This document shows positions 58,750 through 64,000 of a stretch of DNA of 64,000 bases, piece by piece. Numbering within the stretch: the first letter of the stretch is position 1; every line of letters starts with the position of its first letter. This DNA comes from Pseudomonadota bacterium. Lineage in GTDB: Bacteria > Pseudomonadota > Alphaproteobacteria > Rhodobacterales > Rhodobacteraceae. The notes under the pieces are model-generated. The model worked only from the letters and a program-made list of their open reading frames with translations, ran no database searches and was not told the DNA's origin. Location: assembly GCA_038530555.1 (NCBI GenBank), contig JBCBCN010000002.1, positions 51,980-115,979 of the forward strand. The letters are read 5' to 3'. The position numbers and the translations under genes are program-made.

Positions 58750-59481
58750 CTAAGAGCCTGGCAAATGATCGGTCATAACGATCTGTAGATTATCGACCGC
58801 CCAGGAGCGTCCATCGGTCGTCTCGTCCTCTAGGGTCGAGCCAAACCCGATGTGGAGCTCATCCGTTGGTTGGAAAAGCACCATGCGGACGCGCAGGGTC
58901 TGATCGGCCAAATCAGGCGATCCTGCACCATAGCCGCGCTCCACGCCTGAGCGTTCTGTCAGGCGGATGGTGGTGCGCACCCATGGAAGATCGGCGATCA
59001 GGCTGCGTTGCCGGTCGGTGGCTTCGGACCTTGTGGTGAAGTTTTGGCGGAGCACCTCGACGCCGTTCACAAAAACGATGACATCCTGCAGGTCCCAGTC
59101 ATCGATGGCGTGCAGATCAAAGCTTACCAAAGCGTATTGGCGTTGTTCTGGGCTGACATAGACCCGCGACACTGCCTCACGGCCACCGGTGCCACCGAAC
59201 CGGCCCAGCAAGCCACCGAGGCCTGGGCTTTCAGCCTCATGGCGCCCTTGGCTCCACCCGGGCGCGCCCAACTCGAAATCTTCGAACGTGACGAGTACAT
59301 CGTCGGGGGCAAGCAGTCTGACGCCCACAAGGGTCGATAGATTTTGCCCGCGAAACGTGTCGATGGCCGCGCGAATGCCAATAAAGGCCGTCAACACCAA
59401 CGCCGTTACAGCGATAAGTGCGACAACACCGTCAATTACTATGGCTGCCCCATCCCCTCGGGCAAAACGCGCCAACACCAT
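58750..59481 (-). CDS. TadE/Flp-like leader protein with unknown C-terminal domain (paralog A)
   Basis: N-terminus MVLARFARGDG-AAIVIDGVVALIAVTALVL resembles a TadE/Flp class III prepilin leader plus TM. The C-terminal ~190 aa shares FE..G..GW, GGLLGR.GG.GG, YALV.FD..AID.WD, VNG and GFGSTL....SW.VDN motifs with the next gene. Confidence 0.6.
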   Translation of the reverse strand: MVLARFARGDGAAIVIDGVVALIAVTALVLTAFIGIRAAIDTFRGQNLSTLVGVRLLAPDDVLVTFEDFELGAPGWSQGRHEAESPGLGGLLGRFGGTGGREAVSRVYVSPEQRQYALVSFDLHAIDDWDLQDVIVFVNGVEVLRQNFTTRSEATDRQRSLIADLPWVRTTIRLTERSGVERGYGAGSPDLADQTLRVRMVLFQPTDELHIGFGSTLEDETTDGRSWAVDNLQIVMTDHLPGS

Positions 59482-59499
59482 TTACCAATCCTACTTCCC

Positions 59500-59531
59500 C
59501 AGGGTGTTAGACTAACAGTCTTCACACCCTG
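59500..59531 (-). other. composite stem-loop between the two paralogs
   Basis: CAGGGTG/CACCCTG (7 bp) encloses AGACT/AGTCT (5 bp). No U-run follows. Confidence 0.5.
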
Positions 59532-59576
59532 AGAAAATGCAGATTCCGGAAACGGCTTGTGCAGAATACGTGCAGA

Positions 59577-60281
59577 TTAGACCGAGTTCGTGCTTGTCAC
59601 GCGGACATTATCCACGCCCCAGCTTTCGTCTTGGACGCTCTGATTGAGCGTAGAACCAAATCCCAAAGTGACGTCCTCACCAGCATTGCGCATCTGGATT
59701 TCCACGCTCATCGACTGATCGCGCCAGCCGCTGTCAAAACCCTGGTTCCCAAATTCACCGGCGGTCATCGAGATTTGGATGTCAGGATTGCTAACCGTCC
59801 AAGTGTCGGAGAGACCGTTGCCATGGGCGTTTTCAAACCTTGCGGTCGCCACAACGGCGTCATTCACGTAGATCTGAAATTCCTCGCCGTCCCAGCTGTC
59901 GATGGCGGTCATGTCGAACTCGAGCACGGCGTATTCCATGTCGCCGTCGAGTTGGTAGGTCGACTGCGCCGCTTGCTCGCCGCCGCTGCCGCCACCGCGG
60001 AGCAACCCGCCAAAGTTCTCATCGCTCGCCAAAGCGCCGCCAACCCAGTTGCCGGCACCCGTCTCGAACACGTCTTGCTGAACAACCGCGCGGGTAAAGG
60101 TGATTGCCTCGACCTCAGCCACATCATCTGCCAGTTCATTTGCAATCGTATTCACGCCGTTTGACGTGTTGGTCATTGCGGCGAAACTTGTCGTAATGGC
60201 CGCAGTGGCCATGAATACCCAATCAGTCGTTACGGCACCATCTTCTGAGCGTATAAACTCTAACAACATAACGTCATCCAC
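59577..60281 (-). CDS. Flp-type prepilin-leader protein with unknown C-terminal domain (paralog B)
   Basis: GTG 60281 or, more likely, ATG 60269 (MLLEFIRSEDG-AVTTDWVFMATAAI). This matches the Flp motif F.xDExG/ATAIEYGLI with conservative E-to-D and Y-to-W changes. C-terminal domain is paralogous to 58750..59481. Visibly lower GC than its neighbours. Confidence 0.6.
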   Translation of the reverse strand: MDDVMLLEFIRSEDGAVTTDWVFMATAAITTSFAAMTNTSNGVNTIANELADDVAEVEAITFTRAVVQQDVFETGAGNWVGGALASDENFGGLLRGGGSGGEQAAQSTYQLDGDMEYAVLEFDMTAIDSWDGEEFQIYVNDAVVATARFENAHGNGLSDTWTVSNPDIQISMTAGEFGNQGFDSGWRDQSMSVEIQMRNAGEDVTLGFGSTLNQSVQDESWGVDNVRVTSTNSV

Positions 60282-60461
60282 TTAGAAAAGCCGAATTGCC
60301 CTTATGGCTAACGTTGAATTGGGGCGAAACTGCGCAGAATTCCCGGCATGCCGTTGGGAAAGCACGGTCATTTTGCGACGAGCTTTGGGGAAAATTCCGC
60401 AAAACGCGTGGTTTGGCGACAATCCCTCGAATTTGAGTAAAACCGTTCGAACTTTTGCGCC

Positions 60462-61562
60462 TTAGCCGATTTTTCCCCGAAATCCGCCAGTTTGGCCGCG
60501 ATCAAGAAGGAGATGGTCGAGGATAACACAGGCGGCCATCGCTTCCGCCACCGGAACGGCGCGAATGCCGACGCAAGGATCATGCCGGCCCTTCGTGATG
60601 ATCTCGGCCTCTTCCCCGGCCTTGGTGATCGTCCGTCGCGGTGTCAAAATGGATGAGGTTGGTTTGACCGCGAAGCGCAGCACAATGTCCTGCCCGGTCG
60701 AAATTCCACCCAGAATGCCACCGGCATGGTTCGAGTTGTAGACCGGGCCGTCCTCGCCCATCGAGATCTCGTCGGCATTCGCGCTCCCCGTCAGGGTGGC
60801 GGCGGCGAGGCCTTCGCCGATCTCAACGCCTTTGACGGCGTTAATCGACATCATTGCCGCGGCCAGATCGGTGTCGAGCTTGCCATAGATCGGTGCGCCC
60901 AGGCCCGGCGGAGCGCCTTGGATGCGCAGTTCGATCATTGCGCCGCAACTGTTGCCAGACTTGCGAAGACCATCGAGATAGTCCGCCCAAAGCTCTGCCG
61001 CTTTGGCATCGGGCGTCCAAAACGGGTTTTGCTCGATCTGACCCATATCGAAATTGGCGCGGTCAATATGATTGGGGCCCATCTGCACCAGATAGCCGGT
61101 TATGCGCAGGTCCGGAGCGAGACTGGCCAGGGCCGCACGGGCCACACCACCGGCGGCGACGCGAGCGGCGGTTTCCCGGGCGCTTGACCTGCCGCCCCCG
61201 CGATAGTCGCGGATCCCGTATTTCTGCCAATAGGTTATGTCGGCATGACCGGGCCGGAACTTATCGACGATATCGCCGTAGTCTTTTGAGCGTTGATCGG
61301 TGTTGCGGATCATCAACTGAATGGGCGTGCCCGTCGTCACACCCTCAAACACGCCCGACAGGATTTCGACCGCGTCGGGCTCACGCCGCTGCGTGGTGTA
61401 CTTGCTCTGACCAGGTTTGCGCTTGTCGAGCAAGCCTTGCAAATCCTCGGCCACCAAGGGCACGCCCGGCGGACAGCCGTCCACTGTCGCGCCAAGAGCT
61501 GGGCCATGGCTTTCACCCCAGGTGGTGAACCGAAACAAATGCCCAAAACTGTTCAATGACAT
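60462..61562 (-). CDS. aroC: chorismate synthase
   Basis: [25 protein letters not shown]-terminus, [11 protein letters not shown], and RHDPCV motifs. The track ORF extends to 61646 without homology. Confidence 0.92.
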   Translation of the reverse strand: MSLNSFGHLFRFTTWGESHGPALGATVDGCPPGVPLVAEDLQGLLDKRKPGQSKYTTQRREPDAVEILSGVFEGVTTGTPIQLMIRNTDQRSKDYGDIVDKFRPGHADITYWQKYGIRDYRGGGRSSARETAARVAAGGVARAALASLAPDLRITGYLVQMGPNHIDRANFDMGQIEQNPFWTPDAKAAELWADYLDGLRKSGNSCGAMIELRIQGAPPGLGAPIYGKLDTDLAAAMMSINAVKGVEIGEGLAAATLTGSANADEISMGEDGPVYNSNHAGGILGGISTGQDIVLRFAVKPTSSILTPRRTITKAGEEAEIITKGRHDPCVGIRAVPVAEAMAACVILDHLLLDRGQTGGFRGKIG

Positions 61563-61654
61563 GGCGGCCTCGTGTGATCCTCGCGAAGGGGTACCCCTCC
61601 ACCTTTCGCTTGCCAACCCCGGTTGCCCTTGGATCCTGTGGCACATATGCTTGT

Positions 61655-61745
61655 GCCACCTCGGGGTGGCCTGACGGCCTGAGATGCAGAGCTTCTGCGG
61701 ACCCGTTGAACCTGAACCGGTTAAGACCGGCGGAGGGAAGGTTGC
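61655..61745 (+). promoter_or_regulatory. TPP (THI-box) riboswitch
   Basis: GGGGTGGCC...CCTGAGA...ACCCGTTGAACCTGAACCGGTTAAGACCGGCGGAGGGAA matches the conserved TPP aptamer core (GGGGUG, CUGAGA, ACCC.UUGAACCUGA.C.GG.UAA..CC.GCG.AGGGA), directly upstream of thiB. Confidence 0.8.
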
Positions 61746-61787
61746 GTCTCAGACGTCTTTCTTTCGCCCGTCGCAAGGAGACGTGAG

Positions 61788-62768
61788 ATGAACATCACCA
61801 GAATTGCAGCGGGTCTTGTTATGCTGGGCAGCCCAGCCATGGCGCAAGATCTGACGATCTACACCTATGATAGTTTTACCGCAGATTGGGGGCCCGGCCC
61901 CGCGATTGAGGCGGCATTCGAAGAGCGCTGCGGCTGTGACATGGCCTTTGTCGCTGCGGGGGACGGGGCGGCGGTGCTGTCGCGGATCAGACTGGAAGGC
62001 TCCAGCACGGAGGCCGACATCGTCCTGGGCCTTGATACCAACTTGACAGCTGCCGCCTTGGAGACCGGTCTTTTCACCGAGCATGGCGTAACGACCGATG
62101 GGCTGTCGCTTCCAATCGCCTGGGAGGATGAAACCTTCCTGCCCTTCGACTGGGGGTACTTTGCCTTCGTGCACCGCGCCGATATGGAGAACGTGCCCAC
62201 AGACTTCCGCAGCCTTGCCGACAGCGATGCGCGCGTCCTGATCCAAGATCCGCGCTCCTCCACCCCGGGCCTTGGCCTTTTGATGTGGGTGAAGGCCGCC
62301 TATGGACAAGAAGCTCCGACGATTTGGGAAGGGCTGGCAGACAATATCGTAACCGTCACACCCGGCTGGTCCGAAGCCTACGGCCTCTTTGTCGAGGGCG
62401 AGGCCGATATGGTGCTGAGCTACACGACATCTCCGGCCTATCACTTGATCGCCGAAGAAGATGACAGCTTTGACAGTGCCGCCTTTTCTGAGGGCCATTA
62501 CATGCAGGTCGAAGTGGCAGGCATCCTGGCGAATTCCGACGCGCAAGACCTCGCGCAGGGTTTTCTGGCCTTCATGCTGACGCCGGAGTTTCAGACTGTC
62601 ATCCCGACGACCAATTGGATGTATCCTGCCGCCCTTCCCGCCGAACAGCTTCCGGCAGGCTTTGAAACGCTGACGACGCCGGACAGCGCGCTCCTGCTTG
62701 ATGCCACGCAAGCGGCCGATCTGCGCGAGGAAGCGTTGAGCGAATGGCAGAGCGCGCTCAGCCAGTAG
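61788..62768 (+). CDS. thiB: thiamine ABC transporter substrate-binding protein
   Basis: Signal peptide, then LTIYTYDSF...WGPGP and a periplasmic-binding-protein layout of TbpA/ThiB. TPP riboswitch upstream and permease downstream. Confidence 0.85.
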   Translation: MNITRIAAGLVMLGSPAMAQDLTIYTYDSFTADWGPGPAIEAAFEERCGCDMAFVAAGDGAAVLSRIRLEGSSTEADIVLGLDTNLTAAALETGLFTEHGVTTDGLSLPIAWEDETFLPFDWGYFAFVHRADMENVPTDFRSLADSDARVLIQDPRSSTPGLGLLMWVKAAYGQEAPTIWEGLADNIVTVTPGWSEAYGLFVEGEADMVLSYTTSPAYHLIAEEDDSFDSAAFSEGHYMQVEVAGILANSDAQDLAQGFLAFMLTPEFQTVIPTTNWMYPAALPAEQLPAGFETLTTPDSALLLDATQAADLREEALSEWQSALSQ

Positions 62769-64000
62769 GCGCATTCCACTGGGTCGGGGTCGGTGCAATC
62801 GGCCTCGTCCTGTGTTTGACGCTTCTCCCCCTCGGCGCAGTTGCATTCCGCGCCGAAGGGGCATCAGGGCTCCGGGCCTCCGATTGGGCGGTCATCCGCT
62901 TTACGGTGGTGCAAGCGGCCGTGTCGGCCGTCTTGAGCGTGGCCTTGGCGATACCACTGGCGCGGGCGCTGGCGCGTCGTCAATTCTGGGGCCGTCAAGC
63001 GCTGATTATGTTGCTTGGCGCCCCATTCATCCTGCCGGTCATCATCGCTGTTCTAGGAATTCTCGCGCTGTTCGGGCGCGCCGGTCTGGTGAACACGATG
63101 GCTGAGTTTTTCGGCCTCCCGCCGATCGATATCTTTGGGATCCAGGGCGTAATCCTTGCGCATGTCTTCTTGAACCTGCCCTTGGCCACGCGGCTTCTTC
63201 TAGGCGGGTGGGAACGGATCCCGACCGAACGCTTCAGGCTGGCCACGTCGCTGGGGTTTACCCAGGCTGCGTTGGAGCGGCATTTCCACTGGCCGATCCT
63301 GCGCGAGGTCGTGCCGGGCGCCCTTTTGGCGATCTTCCTGATCTGCACGACCAGTTTCGCGGTCGCTCTGATCCTGGGCGGCGGGCCTCGGGCCACCACA
63401 GTGGAGTTGGCAATCTATCAGGCTTTCCGGTTTGATTTTGATCTTGCGCGCGCGGCGTGGCTTGGTCTGATCCAGGTGGCGATCTGCGCTGCTACAGGGC
63501 TTTTCGTGCTCCGATTTGCCCTTCCACGTGAACTGGGCAGCGGGTTGGGGCGGAAGAACTCGCACTGGCCAGGTTTGGGTCGCCGGTCCCTTGGCATAGA
63601 CGTGCTTGCCCTGGTGCTCGCGACGTCGTTTCTTGCGCTGCCGATCTTGATGGTCGGGCTGCGCGGCCTTCCCGCCTTCCCCGACTTGCCCGTGAGTGTT
63701 TGGCACGCCGCCCTGCGCTCGATCATCATCGCTGTGGTGTCTGCTGTTTTGGCAACGAGTTTGGCCCTGGCTATCGCAACCGCCTCGCTGAAATCTGACC
63801 GGGCGGTGCTCAGTCAGACCATCTCGTTTCTCGGTGTTGCCGTGTCGCCCTTAGTCATCGGCACGGGGCTGTTCATCCTGTTGCGCCCACTCGCGTCTCC
63901 AAATGCGCTGGCCCTGCCGCTGACCGCATTGGTGAACGCTATCGTCGCCTTGCCCTTTGTCCTCAGGGCCTTGGGGCCATCGCTCAAAAGCGTCCATGCC
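62744..64000 (+). CDS. thiP: thiamine ABC transporter permease (3' end beyond the window)
   Basis: Frame open from ATG 62744 to the window end, so it is not in the ORF track. My translation gives multiple TM segments and two BPD-transporter repeats (e.g. ERFRLATSLGFTQAALERHFHWP). It overlaps the thiB 3' end by 25 nt. Confidence 0.8.
   Translation, partial: MAERAQPVGAFHWVGVGAIGLVLCLTLLPLGAVAFRAEGASGLRASDWAVIRFTVVQAAVSAVLSVALAIPLARALARRQFWGRQALIMLLGAPFILPVIIAVLGILALFGRAGLVNTMAEFFGLPPIDIFGIQGVILAHVFLNLPLATRLLLGGWERIPTERFRLATSLGFTQAALERHFHWPILREVVPGALLAIFLICTTSFAVALILGGGPRATTVELAIYQAFRFDFDLARAAWLGLIQVAICAATGLFVLRFALPRELGSGLGRKNSHWPGLGRRSLGIDVLALVLATSFLALPILMVGLRGLPAFPDLPVSVWHAALRSIIIAVVSAVLATSLALAIATASLKSDRAVLSQTISFLGVAVSPLVIGTGLFILLRPLASPNALALPLTALVNAIVALPFVLRALGPSLKSVHA

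Noticed and set aside
60282-60461. The 180-bp spacer between aroC and paralog B, examined for sigma-54 (-24/-12) or repeat motifs.
   Set aside because: Only loose resemblance was found, such as repeated ATTCC.GCA.AA-like strings. No GG-N10-GC arrangement with correct spacing could be supported on the minus strand.

Overview
High-GC alphaproteobacterial chromosome, Rhodobacteraceae-like by gene content: a Rhodobacter-type porin, Hint_2 proteins, a GTTC-N7-GTTC SOS box and rsmB-heparinase-purH synteny. It is densely packed with about 65 genes on both strands, mostly housekeeping. These cover purine and lysine (DAP), chorismate, riboflavin and thiamine metabolism; DNA repair (mutL, rmuC, xthA, imuB, ftsK); RNase R; and many cell-envelope genes (lspA, lolA, three murein hydrolases, an L,D-transpeptidase-like gene, porin, a CenR-like regulator). 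I found no rRNA, tRNA, CRISPR array, intact IS element or prophage gene. Structured non-coding elements I can support are a TPP riboswitch ahead of thiBP, a perfect alphaproteobacterial SOS box ahead of an orphan imuB, several intrinsic terminators, and a ~297-bp MITE-like element with 32-nt inverted termini upstream of mutL. The accessory-looking parts are (i) two adjacent Hint (bacterial intein-like) domain proteins plus a small orphan gene between dapE and dapD, (ii) a paralogous pair with Flp/TadE-type prepilin leaders and a shared unknown C-terminal domain, with no Tad machinery nearby, and (iii) an orphan STAS/anti-sigma-kinase module followed by a low-GC spacer with a C10 tract. All functional calls come from motif recognition by eye, with no database search. 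Start codons are often uncertain.
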